A stretch of DNA of 64,000 bases. Origin: Octopus vulgaris. Lineage: Eukaryota. The position numbers were made by a program, and so were the translations under genes. Every line of letters begins with the position of its first letter. The stretch's first letter is position 1. This document shows, piece by piece, positions 24,306-38,004 of the stretch. Below the pieces are notes generated by a model. The model was not told the DNA's origin. It did not search any database and was given only the letters and a program-made list of their open reading frames with translations. The stretch spans positions 159,216,001-159,280,000 of the forward strand of contig OX597815.1 in the NCBI GenBank assembly GCA_951406725.2. Direction: 5' to 3'.

Positions 24306-27137
24306 AGTATATTTAAACAATTATTAATTATAATAAGGTTCAACATAGGATTACTTTCGAAGGCATAAGATTAGCAGCACTTTAATAATTAAGACTTGAA
24401 GAAAGAGAAGAAAAAGTAGGTAATTGAATCATCTCAGGGCATTAAAAATGAAAAAACATATTGAGTAGATAGACTGAGGTATTTTTGAAAGAATACATGG
24501 GAGACTAATGACCAAATGGTTAAAGATTAAAATGCTATTGTGAAACAGTAACATCTAAGAAAAGTTGTGATAGTCTGTGTCTACAAACAGGCAGTAGGAA
24601 AAATTTACAAAATAGAATAAGTTAATTTGCCATGAGCAAGGGAAGAAGTTTGATGTCTTGATAATGTCCTTCATTGGATGAGAAATCACAAGTACTAAAT
24701 TATGTAGATACAATTATGAACTTATTATATACAGTGTTTAGATGCAATACAACTCATCAGAAAAAGTAATCAAAACTGCATAAATAGTAAACAGAACATG
24801 TACAGGAAGTGAAGAGTAAATAAGTTGTAAAAAAAAAAAAGTGCGTTGGGGGCATCAGGTGTATTGTTGGTGAATTTCAGGAAGCATGGAAGTTTTGAAG
24901 GATCTACTGCCTCAACAGCTAACAACTGATGCAAGTAGTTTATTCCATGCTTCAAGAATTCTGAGCCTGAAAAAACGTTTGCGAAAGTCATGAGTGCTAT
25001 GTTGTTCTTTTGATTTTGTAAGCCTGTCCAAGAGTTGTTTGAGCAGAAGAGTAGAAGATTAAAGGATTGATTGCTGCTGTTATTCCATTAATGTATGAAG
25101 TATCATGTTTTTGTAATGCAGAAAGAATTGAAGACGTATATTTCCGTTTGTGTCTCAAGGCAAGAGACTTACTCTTTTTGCCTTCATCTACGTAATCAAG
25201 AGATCAGTTTTTTATTTCACATTAAAGATATTGGCTGTAAAAAAAATCCCTCTTAATGATATATCAAATGCACACCTGTACAAATATAAAAATTATTTAG
25301 GTGTGAATACAAATATTAAATGTGTACCAAAAGAGCAAGGTTATGAATATGAGACAGCATTTTGCAAAGAACTACCTCCTTAAAATCAGCTATAATGAAC
25401 TTATAATAAAGTTCTTAACACCTCAAGAGAAATTTACACAAAACATTTAATTTGTAATGAAGTCAAAGGAGCTAATTAATCAAAGACGCTTTCTCAATAT
25501 ACTGACTCTAATGGTTTTTGCTTATCACTTCATATTACGTTTTCATGACACAAACAGAAAAGCCAATAAGAGAGTATTTTCGCGGTCATTGGTCCTGTGA
25601 GAAATAACAGTCAAATTTCCATTAAATCAGAGCTCACAATAGATAACTATGCTTGCGATAAAAGATTATGTCGATCTTAAGCCGTTTTAGCGAAAGCCGA
25701 GTTGCAGCGACACAACAAATACAAGGGAGGCAATCTCAGAAAAATAAGTTGCTTCCCTTGCATTTCAAGGGCAGAAAGACGAGTAAATTAGGCAAAATAA
25801 GAAAATTTTGGAAATAATTCTGTTGTCTTCTCTGTTCCTGCAAGTATCAGTGAGAAAGAAAGAAAAAATTATGGATTAATATTTTTCAAATGAATGCATC
25901 TAAGTTTTCTTAGGACCACGTGTTTCCACGTGAGGTAATGTATGAAATGTACTGTACAAGATATGTAGTTTTTTTCTGTTTTTTTTCAAACAAAAAAACT
26001 ACAATTTAAATTTCACAGTTGATTAGATGTGAAGGCTGATATGATGTCTAAGTGATTAAACATTGAATAAGATATTAATAAAGCTGTTAGAAACAATGTT
26101 TGGTGTAATATTTCCATGAGTAATGCTTCTATCTCCTTTCTAGGAGTTGATAAAAATCTATGCCACTAGTGAGAGTATGCCAATAATAAAGGATAAATAC
26201 CTTTTTTTAAAAAAAATTAATCTATACTTTGTAAGGTTAACTTACCACCACAAGGTTCTGTTCTTGAAGCAGTAGGGTGGCTTATGAGCTGCAATGATCC
26301 TGAAAGCTATGCGAGCATCTTGTAAGGCCTCCCATGCTCGACAGGTCAAAGGATAGAAACCAACTTATAAGAACCACCTCTTCACCATTGTCATTTAACG
26401 TCTATTTTTCAGGCTGGCATGGGTTAGACGGTTTTACAGGAACTGGTCAGCAGGAGATCTGTCCAGGCTCCACTAAAAAGTTTTGTTCTTGTTGCAGTAT
26501 GGTGGCTCATGTGCTGCGATGATCCTGAAAGCTATGCTGGTGGATTGACTGTGAGCTTTTGGTAGGGTTACAAAGGTCAAAGGGTAGAGGCCAGACTAAT
26601 AAAGACCACCTCTTCATCATCACCATCATTTAATGTCCGTTTTCCATGTTGCTACAGACTGGACAGTTTGGTAGCTGGCCAGGCTCAATTTGCTTGTTTT
26701 AGCATGGTTTCTATGGCTGGATGCCCTTCATAATGCCAACCATTTCACAGAGTATTCTGGGTGTGTCTGACATGGCACTGGCACGAGTGCATGTTGCTCG
26801 ACACTGGCATGAGTATATCATTTTATGTGAGCCAACACCCCTATCTAATAAAAATCTGAATCACAGAAGCGTTGATAATGATGACCTATTCAAAAGCATC
26901 AAGACCTGGGAGAGGAAGACCATCCCTCAGGGAAATATATGATGTGGTGAAGCAAAATCTGAAAAGAGTCTGCAAGAAAGTGGTGTTCCAACTGGAGAGA
27001 AGTGGAGAAGAGTGAAGAAAAGTTGTCAATGCTTCTTAGGAAGTAAATGGTTTAGGCAAGCTAGAAGTAAGATTGACTTAAACTCTAACATTCTGCAATA
27101 AATAAATTCTATTACAGATGTATTTAAATGTACTTAC

Positions 27138-27221
27138 TGCTTCCATTAGAAAAAGAGCTTCTTCAGGGTATAGCCATCTTCTCTTTTCATCAACAAATCC
27201 CATTGTAAACCAGAATTTTCT
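27138..27221 (-). CDS. TSEN54: TSEN54 coding exon 4 (RKFWFTMGFVDEKRRWLYPEEALFLMEA)
   Basis: Acceptor tttcag, donor gtaagt, 84 nt. Carries the hallmark KFWxTMGF and LxPEEALxL motifs of the Sen54 N-terminal domain. Confidence 0.95.
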
Positions 27222-27847
27222 CTGAAATCACAAGAAAAACCAGCAAAACTTGAATATAAGCCTCATAAATAGCTAATTTCCACATAAATTTAATTTAAAT
27301 CTTCATCATGATCATCATTTAACATTCATTTTCCATGCAGGCAGGGGTTGGAAGGTTTGACAGGATCTGTCAGCTTTAGCACGGTTTCTTTGACTGGATG
27401 CCCTTCCTAACACCAATCACTTTACAGTGTGCACTAAGTGATTTTTCTTTCATGCATTCTGCAGTAGAGGGGTCACATAAGTAAGTTGCAAAATAGAAAA
27501 GAACAGGAAAGGGAAATGCCCACATGACTAAGAGGGGACTAGTATTAGAAAAGAGAGGTAGCTTTATGCCAGATTATGAAAGGTTAAAGTATGATAGAAG
27601 TACAAGAAAAAGTATCTTGATATACAGAGGATACATTGCTATCCCACATTATAAAAAGAGGAGGTATATGGCTACCTCACATTATAAGGCTGAATAGTAA
27701 TAATTGGGAAGACAAAGATAAAGAAGATGGTATTGATGGGGGCCAAGGCAAACTCTCAAAGTAGGTGAGCAAAAAAGTGGATGTGAAAACATCATTGAAG
27801 GAATTCAATTTACTTTTCATTTAATAATAATTGACAATAATATTTAA

Positions 27848-28068
27848 CCCTTTAGTATTTAAACCGGCCATATCCGGCCAAAAGTATTCTGCCTGTTTTA
27901 TGTGCAAACTGGCCAGATCTGGTCTCTCACACCAACCCTACAATATCGTTTTAGAAATTAACAGCTTCCTCATCAAAATCTCATCACTACAAGATAATGC
28001 ATGATTAGTTCAAAACAATGTGGATGAAAAAGCATAAATTTTGGCAGAATAATGCGAACACTAAAGGG
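27848..28068. mobile_element. piggyBac-type MITE (second family)
   Basis: TTAA|CCCTTTAG...CTAAAGGG|TTAA. Relatives at 48395-48614, 48770-48971 (inverted), 30905-31352 (tandem partial units), 21378-21940 (split by a SINE) and 53105-53270. Confidence 0.82.
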
Positions 28069-28838
28069 TTAATCACAAATAGCAAGGCAGCAAGCTAGCA
28101 GAATAGTTAACACACCAAACAAAATGCTTAGTAGTATTAAATCTGTCTTTAAGTTCCACCAAGACTGGCTTCACCTTTCATCTTTTGGAGTCAATAAAAT
28201 AAGTATCAGATGATCAGTTAAGGGACCACCAAAAAGCATCCAGTCCACACTGTCAAGTGACTGGCATTTGGAAGGGCATCCAGCTGTAAAAACCATGCAA
28301 AAATGGACCTCGCCTGTGCAGGTGCCATGTAAAAAGCACTCAGCCTACTCTGTAGGGTGGTTGGTGTTAAGAAAGGGCATCCAGCCATAAAAGCCATCCC
28401 AGACACAGACACAGAAGTATGGTGCAATCTTCTACCTGGCCAGCTCCTGTCAAACTGTCCAACCCATGCCAGCATGGAACAAAAGATGTTAAACGACGAT
28501 GATGATAATCATCATCCCTGGGGTTGATGTAATCGACTTACCCCTCCCCTGAAATTGCTGGCCTTGTGCCAAAATTTGAAATCAATATTTGATCACAAAA
28601 ATGATATGATTGTTGAATCAGTGTTGAATACTAAAGCCAGCCTTGAATTAAAGCTGGAGTTAAATAAGGCCAGCACTTCAACTTTCCTAGCTTCAGTACT
28701 TTTGACATACCAGAACAATAATTGAATCAAATGACACCAACAAAGAAAAATTAAAAGTGGTATCTAATTTTGGGAGAGTAGGATACGTCGGATGGAAAGA
28801 TTGATGGCAGAGCGCATAATTAAAAATGCAATACTTAC

Positions 28839-28902
28839 AGTATCGTTTTTATATTCTACCAAATTCTTCTCTTTGTTCAATTCTCCAATTAAAACACTTC
28901 CC
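28839..28902 (-). CDS. TSEN54: TSEN54 coding exon 3 (GSVLIGELNKEKNLVEYKNDT)
   Basis: Polypyrimidine tract plus tag acceptor, gtaagt donor, 64 nt, phase 2 to 0. Aligns with recalled [21 protein letters not shown]. Confidence 0.9.
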
Positions 28903-30617
28903 CTATAATGAGAAAAAAAAAAAGAGTTTTATTAATTTCAATACAAAAGGAGAGAAAAAAACCTAGTACATGCTTTCAAAATAAATATGATGTAATATTG
29001 GGATATGTAGACTGAAAGAAGGGTGTAACTATTTAGCATAATTGAGCAGATCTTTGGTCAAAGGCATTTCACAATTGTTATCCTGACCTTTTTCCATTCA
29101 GTGTTTACCTGACTACATTACCTAATGTTCCCTTTCTATTTTTAAGAAGTTTCAGAGTTGTTTAAGGAAGAGTTGGTTGCCATTTCTAGCTATGGTGAGT
29201 GACCAGATAGAAACTTGCACATTCATGCAAGATGATTAAAGGATTTAATATAGAAACCAATGAAGATGGTCTCTGAATTAAGCCATAAAGCCAGAACTTT
29301 CAAGAATAGTCAACTGAAATAATTTCCTGTATATTACTGGTTGTATAGTAGTAGTCTTCTTCTTCTTCTTCATCATCATCACCACCACCACCACCACCTT
29401 CATCATCATCTTCTTCTTCTTCGTCTTCTTTATCTGTTCACTTTTCCATGCTTGCATGGGTTAGATTTCTACAGTTGGATGCCCTTCCTGTCACTGACCC
29501 TCACCTGCTTCCAAGAAATGAGATATTTTCTCACAAACATGTTTTTCATGGAAGACTGGAAACAAACATCATTGCTTGTATGATATGATGCAAATTCACA
29601 GCCATTACATGATGTCAAGGCAAGGGTACACAAACTCACAAGCACATGCATGCATGCACACACACACACACACACATGACAAAGGACAGAAGCAATTGGC
29701 AATTTGCTGTGTTTACAAAAGTAAAAAGGGAGGCCATAAAGGCTTGTTCTTTATGACTATGGCCCACAATCCAACACACACACACAATCAATCTGTGCCC
29801 TGACAAACCTCTCCTCACACAACCCATTACCAATCTTCCAACACCTTCCTCCCACCCCCACTCGGACTTACCACCCCTCTATCTCCCGAGCTCCATCCTG
29901 AACCTCCCTGCATACATTTTGTCCCTGTTGAATCTCTTCCCCACAACATGTCCACCAAATACCTACCCTCCCTCTGTCTATGCCCACTCACTGCATTCCT
30001 TCCACCCTTCATCTCTCTCTCCCCACAATCTCTCAAACTTACCCACCCATCCACCTACAGACTCTCTCCAATCCCAGGTCCATTTCACTAAATACACTTT
30101 CTTGAGTCTAGGATGTAACCCCCTCACCCACCATTGTTGCATCTTCACCATCTTCTCTCCTCTCTCCCTCTTCACCTGAAGCAGTAATTTTTCTTCTCTA
30201 CTGCAACACATCTTTTTCTGTTCTTCAATGAAGGTAAAAGGGTAAAGAACCTCTTTGGTCATGAATGACCATAGGATTGCATCTAGAAAGTTCCCCTCTG
30301 AGAAACAAGTCTGGACAAGATTATTTATGTAAGACCAGCAGTTGCCGATGCATACCAGCTTCCCCTCTCCATGCCACCAATGTTATCCAAGGGAAAGGTA
30401 AAGGCCAATACAGCTTGGCACCAGCTATAGGATCTTTGTAAATAAGAGCCTTGTTCATCCTACAGTGTTGACCTACTATGACTGAGCAGACAATATTTAT
30501 CTTTATTTTGCAAATAGGAATTGTTATTACATTTCTGATCCTGATCTCTGGAATCTTAAAGTTTACTATGCTAAAAACTTATTCAATTGTAGCAAAGCAG
30601 AAACCAAAATGACTTAC

Positions 30618-30782
30618 AATCTATCTATCCTCTGTTCAGCAAGTAATGTTTCTTTGGTGGAAAGCAGCATGTCAAGTTTCTTTCCTTGAAGCCACGATCC
30701 ATCTGGTTGGAAATCTTTGGTGCCACCTTTCAGTGGAATAGTCTTGTCAGCTGTTTTGAATTGATGCACCAACTGTTCAGCA
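30618..30782 (-). CDS. TSEN54: TSEN54 coding exon 2 (AEQLVHQFKTADKTIPLKGGTKDFQPDGSWLQGKKLDMLLSTKETLLAEQRIDR-L)
   Basis: Acceptor tttttcccag, donor gtaagt, 165 nt open. KDFQPDGS and LLAEQRIDRL match recalled TSEN54 motifs KDFLPDGS and LLAEQRVERL. Confidence 0.93.
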
Positions 30783-33279
30783 CTGGGAAAAAGATTACAT
30801 GTTTATATATTACATATTTATATACATCATTAGTTGAGTCATCTTCAAATAAATAATTTAAATCAAACAAATCAGACACTTGTATGGCATCATTAGAAAT
30901 TAGCAATTAACCTGGCCATATTTAGGCCATATATTCTACCTATTTTATTGTCAGACTGCCTTTATCCAGTTTCTCACACCTATCCTATAATATCATTTTA
31001 AAAATAACAATAAAAAAACAATCAAATCATTGAAATATCAAGACTACAAGATAAAATGCATGATTGATTCATAAATAAGCATTACATTTGACATAGTAAT
31101 CTGAATGCTAAACGGTTTAACCAACCAAATCCAGCCTCTCACACTTATCCTACGATGTCATTTTGAAAATAAACAATCACATAACTGAGATCTCAAAGCT
31201 ATGAGACAAAACATGATAAATTCAAAACAATGTGCATAAATAAGCATCACATTCGACAGAGTAATCTGAATGCTCAAGGGTTTAACCAACCAAATCCAGT
31301 GCATAAATAAACCTCATATTTGACAAAGTAATCTGGAATGCTAAAGAGTTAATTACGTTCGCTGAGACTGATATAAAGTTGGATAATTGACTGAAGTTGA
31401 GGTCATCCTCATCATCATTTAATGTCCGCTTTCCATGCTAGCATGGGTTGGACAATTTGATTGAGGACTGGCAAGCCAGATGGCTGCACCAGGCTCCAAT
31501 CTTGATCTGGCAGGGTTTCTACAGCTGGATGCCCTTCTTAACGCCAACCACTCCAAGAGAGTAGTGGGTGCTTTTACATGCCACCGGCACGAGGGCCAGT
31601 CAGGCGGTACTGGCAACGGCCAAGCTCAAATGGTGTTTTTTTACGTGCCACCTGCACAGGAGCCAGTCCAGCGGCACTGGCAACGACCTTGCTTGAAGTA
31701 ATACATAAAAAAATGTTCTGCCTTACTTTCCATGTGAAGAAAGTCCTTCGAAACTCTTTGGAAAGAGCAAATGGAAATAAATGAGGAATGTAGTAAATGA
31801 TGGATACAAGAGAGACAACTGTGTTGATTCAGTCAGTTACAATAGATTGATGATTTAGGTGAAGTAAATGGTGTTAAGCTGGGTGGTAGAAGAAAGTAAA
31901 TGGAGGGGAAGATGAGGAAGGATGGACGTAAGGCTAAGCCAAGCAGAAGAAATGGTAAGCTGTTTATACTGTTGTTGTTGGTGGGGATTTTAAGTGAAAC
32001 TTTATTATATTTGACAAAAATAAGTGATACTAAAGATTTATTTAGCGATAACAAAAACAGTTCACAAATTGAACAAAAAATTTTACAAATGCTATAATTT
32101 CAATTTTTAATTGCTGAAACTATAACATTCTACAGTAGACACCATACTTGATTTTAAAGCTTTATTATCCGTCACTTTCTACTTCCATAGATCTGGTTTG
32201 TGACAACCGACACATTTCATGTAAACAAATCAGGAAAGATTAGAAAAATGTAAATATTTTATAGATATATGAATAAGGAGCAGAGCAAAGAAATATCAAG
32301 AATCATTTATGAAAATTGTGAACAACAGCTGTAAAGTTAAAAGTAGAACTATATATTAATCTTATAATGTGGTGTGTTCCGTGCAAGGCACATAACTCTT
32401 CTTTCTTCTGACAAAAGACAAAATTTCACACGAACTTCATAATAGAAAGGAGAGTAGCAGAAACAATTACTGCATGAAAAGTAATTACACGAATACAAGG
32501 TGTAAAACAGCTGCATTAACCTTTCAGAGTCAAAGTCTACTGATGCTTCTTCAGTATTGAAATGAACCATTTTTATAATATACAAGGAGAACATGTTATT
32601 TAAAATAGTGTGAAAATGGTTGATTCTCAATAGAAAAAGGAATAGTATATGGTTGAAGAGATGGTGTGCCAACACAATAGAAAGTACACAAACAAAATCT
32701 AATAAAAACCTGAAGCATCAAAATATTAACCATCAATGAAATGTGTGGCTAAAATCAAACAGACAAAAGTAAATAGCAGTAGTAGATTATAGTAAAAAAC
32801 TTAACATTATTCCCTCCCTAGAGTATTCAGAATGATGAACCTATCACACTCAAACACTCATCAAGTGAATATCTTACTAATTATAATTTTATAATATACC
32901 AGGAGCGTTTTTTTTCTTCATATGTGCTTCTTCAACATCATTCCTATTTAAATACAGTTATGACAGTACTCACATTGCTTCACCATGTAGGCATATGTCA
33001 GCCTTTTTTCCTGGTCTAGAACTGCATCACATTGGAATTGAAACTTTGCCCACATTTTCCTCAACAAAATATAAACCCACAACACAAAATGGACAGTAAC
33101 TACTATTCTAACAGACAAGAAAAAAGACTATTAAAATTTTTTTGTTTCAGAATCCCTATCTTAGATTTACCAACAAAATGTAGTGGTAATGACTAAAAAG
33201 AGAGAAAAACAACTTAACTGAGAGAAGTATTATGACATTAGATTTCGGGAATACTTAAAATTTGTCTTTTCATGTCCAA

Positions 33280-33657
33280 GTCGACATGTCTCTACGGCTC
33301 CTTCCATCTGTCCTTCTGCAACAGCACTTGCGGTGGTTTGGCCATGCATGTAGGCGTCCAGTGGGTGAACTGAGCCGTGATGTCCTTCTCCCAACTCCAC
33401 TTCCCAACTGGCGGAAACGCGCAGGCGGGCAGCTGAAGACCTGGGTTGCGACAATCAAGGAGGACCTCTCTATGCTCATGGGTCAGCAGGTGGTCGGCCT
33501 GTGCTGATGGAACCATGACTGGCTCACTATCTCCAGTGAACTGGTGCAGGACCGTTGGGCGTGAGCTGCCATGGTTTGAGATGCCTCGAGGATGGTAGAA
33601 GAAGCTGACTCAACCTGTCCAGGGTGAACGTCGCCACAAGTACAAGTAAGTACAAGT
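33280..33657 (+). mobile_element. 3' fragment of a second RTE-clade LINE family
   Basis: HLRWFGHACRR..WRKRAGGQLKTWVATIKEDL and a (CAAGTA)n-like tail at 33637-33657. Confidence 0.8.
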
Positions 33658-33875
33658 TGACAGTACTATTCCAACAGCAAAAAGGCCTGGAAGTTTGTCT
33701 TCTCTCACTTGTACTATGCTATGGATGTGAGTAAACTATTTAACTCTCATTGTTTGATTCCATTTAACCCTTAGGAATGTACCAGATATAATAGTTCACT
33801 GTTGTGAAGAATGGTAGCACTGTTGATTTGATGAGTGTTTTGTTGACTTGCAGTACTGAGGTCAATTCCTCCTCC

Positions 33876-34432
33876 TCATCATCGTCTAACATCCGCTTTC
33901 CATGCTGGCATGGGTTGGATGGTTTGATTGAGGTCTGGCAAGCCAATGGGTGCACCAAGCTCCAATCTGATCTGGCAATATTTCTACAGCTGGATGCCCT
34001 TCCTAATGCCAATCAGTCAGAGAGTGTAGTGGGTGCCAATCAAGGAGCACTGGCATTGACCACATTCGGAGGGTGCATTTTTCGTGCAACTGGTTACAAT
34101 TTCGATTTTACTTGACTCAACAGGTCTTCTCAAGCATATCATATCGCCCGACGCTTCTAGGGTACTTTTGAATGGGCTGGTCATGCAACACTGGCATTGG
34201 CCATGACTAAGATCTCACTTTACTTGCCGAGTCTTCTCAATCAAAGCATATCTCCAAAGGTCTCGGTCTCTTGTCATTGCCTCTGTGAGGCCCAATGTTC
34301 GAAGGTCATGCTTCACCACCTCATCCCATGTCTTCTTGGCTCTACCTCTTCCACAGGTTCCTTCCACTGTTGGAGTGTGGCACTTCCTCACACAACCGTC
34401 CTCATCCACACGTAACACATGACCATACTTGC
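33876..34432 (-). mobile_element. 5'-truncated copy of the same RTE family (ORF end plus 3' UTR)
   Basis: YGHVLRVDEDGCVRKCHTPTVEGTCGRGRAKKTWDEVVKHDLRTLGL closely matches the C-terminus of the 6917..7363 ORF. Confidence 0.9.
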
Positions 34433-35202
34433 CACATTCCAATTTTGTTGAATTGAATCTACAGATTCAATTCTACAAAAGCACATACAACATAGAGGCC
34501 CACTTGCCTCTTGCACTTACATCAACATTTTATACAGCAGTGATGAATGGAAATCTAACCATGAAATCAATTCTGATATCTCCCTACTGAACAGTGGCCA
34601 GTTTGATGATCCTAGCTCTAGCTAGTGGAACTGCAGCTTAGCACATAAATGAATTACAATGAGCTTATTTGACTATACTTTTAATAACAACTCAAATATC
34701 TGGCTTTTTTATCATCAACAATATCCACTAATGGTGCTAAACTTCTCTACCACAATGTACAGGTGCAACTATATACATGCATACAGCGATGCCATATGCA
34801 ATCAGTCAGATACAACTTATGGCCACACCCATTATAACTTCAACAACTATTACAAGATGCATACCAACTGACAGGTTACATGCACAGAACATTCTACAAA
34901 ATCACATACAACAGACACCTGAGAAGTAACAAAGTGACTCAAAGACCAAAAGTTTTTTGTGAGTACTTATCAAATCACCAAACCTATGTTTTTATATATA
35001 TATATCCCTCTCTCTCTTTCGGAGAGGCACAAGCACCTACACGCACATATACACACACGGCAGTAACTTCCGCCTGCCAAATTCAATCACAAAGCTTAGG
35101 TCGGCTCGGGGCTATAGCGGAAGACACCTACCCAAAGTGCCACGCAGTGGGACTGAACCTGAAACTATGTAGCTAGGACTCCCTAACCACACAGCCATGC
35201 CC

Positions 35203-35563
35203 GGAAAACCTCAGAATAACAAACACATCAATTGGACCACATCAATAGCTTATTATTTAATACAAAGCATGACATAACAAATATGCGATGCATCAAATCT
35301 TACCGGCTGTTTCCGTATCCGCTGCCAAAACGCTGTCTATAAGTAATTGCGAAAATAAAATTCTTTATTTCCATTGGATATTCGAATGTCCTATGAAGAT
35401 GAAGAATTTTATTTTCGCAGTTACTTATAGACAGTGTTTTGGCACCGGATGCGGAAACAGCTGTAAGGTTTGTTACATCACCTATTTTGTTACGTCAGGC
35501 TTTGTATAAAAAATAAGCTATAAATGAGGTCCCATCGATGCGTTTGTTAATCTGAGGTTTTCT
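35203..35563. repeat. ~360-bp imperfect palindrome (hairpin MITE-like)
   Basis: The arms pair from GAAAACCTCAGA/TCTGAGGTTTTC to a central GGATATTC|GAATGTCC with essentially no loop. Confidence 0.9.
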
Positions 35564-36420
35564 CCATTTTCTGATTATTTGTATTTGTTTCCTGATAAAC
35601 TCTTGTTTATCCTGTTGTTACCTGCACACCAATGCCCGAGGATAATATGGGTAACGGATACCGATAGTATATACAGATATTTTATCCCTTAGTTGGTTAT
35701 TATAACCGCTCTGTTTACACTATACATATATATATATTATATATATAATTATTGTCAATTAACTAGTAGAAAGTGGTATTTAGCTTTCTCTTGGTGATAG
35801 TCACTCCTTTAAGTTTATCTGTGAGATTAATCTTTTCAGAATTTCTTGATACTAAAATCAAAGTCTCATATAGTATGAACTATTTATAATGATCATTATA
35901 GCTTGTCCCAGTTACACAGATTTCTATAGTACAGACCAGTAGAGAATTTAAACAAAATAGCAGTTTCGGCTATCGCGAATTACAGTTTTTTAAAAAAATT
36001 TTCTACAATTTCATAACATTATGGCAACGCACGATCAAAATCTTGTTTTATTTCTACCACTCGCTGACACGGACTTTCTACTTAATGCATGCTGAGACGG
36101 ACTTTCTACCGCACACTGACATGATTTTCTACGTCCTTCAGACAATGATTTGGAATACTTAATTAGTGGATCACTTGTACACACTTGGATTGTTACACTT
36201 TTGAATTCCCTCAGAGTACGTTCTGTACCTATTTATATATTAGTCAAGCAATATATAACTGGTTACAACGTTTCACCGGTCAGAATGTTGCCGTCGGTTC
36301 CCTACCGGCATTTCCAATTGGCAGCATAAACGACTCTTCGGAAATGGTAACCGGAAGCCACCAATATCAATATATATTGATATAAAAAATATAACCATGG
36401 TTACTCATACTGAATGTGCT

Positions 36421-37527
36421 TGGCATAGTTTCGGTTGTAGTAGCACAGATTTCCGTCGATTTCCGTAAAAAACTTTTATTTTTTTACATAAGTAATGAGA
36501 GCGAAAGAGACTAAGAGGAAGCGATTTTATGACGAGAAGGTTTCACTTTGAAATCGGCCTGTGTGTGTTTGATGGGGTGTGGGAGACAGACAGTATGTTG
36601 TGTAAGTGAAGTGCTTCTGTTAGTGTGTGCGAAGAGACAGACATACATACACATACACCGAGTAAAAAATTACTATGAATCGGCCATACATACATACATA
36701 CACACACACACATACATAGATACATACACACACACATACATAGATACATACACACACACACATACATACATACACACACACATACTTATACACACACACA
36801 CACATACATACACACACACACACAGATACATACACACACACATACATACATACACACACACTTACACACACACATAGATACATACACACACACACATGCA
36901 GACATACATATACACATACACCGAGTAAAAAATTACGATGAATCGGCCATACATACATACACACACACACATACATAGATACATACACACACACACATAC
37001 ATAGATACATACACACACACACATACATACACACACACATACTTACACACACACACACACATAGATACATACACACACACATACTTACACACACACACAC
37101 ACACATAGATACATACACACACACACATACATGCAGACATACATATACACATACACCGAGTAAAAAATTACGATGAATCGGCCATACATACATACACACA
37201 CACACATACATAGATACATACACACACACACACATACATGCATACATACATATACACATACACCGAGTAAAAAATCAGTTATCTCTCTCTTTCACACATT
37301 ACTCTCTCTGTCTCTTCGCACACACTAACAGAAGTACTTCACTTACACAACATACTGTCTGTCTCCCACACCCCATCAAACACACACAGGCCGACTTCAA
37401 AGTGAAACCTTCTCGTCGTAAAATCGCTTCCTCTTAGTCTCTTTCGCTCTCATTACTTATGTAAAAAAATAAAAGTTTTTTACGGAAATCGACGGAAATC
37501 TGATCTACGACATGCGAAACTTCGCCA
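36421..37527. mobile_element. Fold-back element: ~220-bp near-identical TIRs enclosing microsatellite-containing tandem units
   Basis: 36421-36641 is the reverse complement of 37307-37527. The interior has four CACCGAGTAAAAAAT anchors separated by (CA)/(CATA) arrays. Confidence 0.85.
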
Positions 37528-38004
37528 TATATATATATCTTCGATTTTTATCATAATTACAAATCATTTAATAACTGCTTGGTAACTAAATTTTGCGGAC
37601 GGTTTAAGCAATTTCTTCGATAATCCGAAAGTGCACGTGCAAGTAATTCAAAACAGTGGATACATATAACAAATAAGAACCCCCACCCTCCCAGCCCCAC
37701 CAAGTTAATTAAAACAGAGCTCATTCCTTTCAAGAATTACATCCGAATCAGAACATTTAGTGATTCGAGTAGTAGCTTTGCAAGGCTTTTACACTCAAAA
37801 TGTATGAAGTTTTACATATTGAAATATAAAAATAACGTCTATCAGTGATTCATTAAATTTTAAACGTGTGTGCATTTAAAACAAATGCCGATCGTTAAAT
37901 AAATGTAAAATATAAACAACGTTTAGCAATGATCACATTGAATTTTAAACAAGTGTACATTTAAAAATTGAAAACAATCACTAAATATAAGAAATAATAT
38001 TTAC

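Noticed and set aside
24400-25200. Possible very old LINE RT remnant on the minus strand
   Set aside because: Too degenerate to support with identifiable motifs.
32510-32560. Minus-strand CTGAAGA...GAAA
   Set aside because: Stem II is weak, with no stem I/III pairing or cleavage triplet.
36650-37275. CRISPR-like repeat/spacer pattern (also the 60-bp units at 7575-7800)
   Set aside because: The spacers are microsatellite or mutually homologous, there are no cas genes, and the context is eukaryotic transposon DNA.
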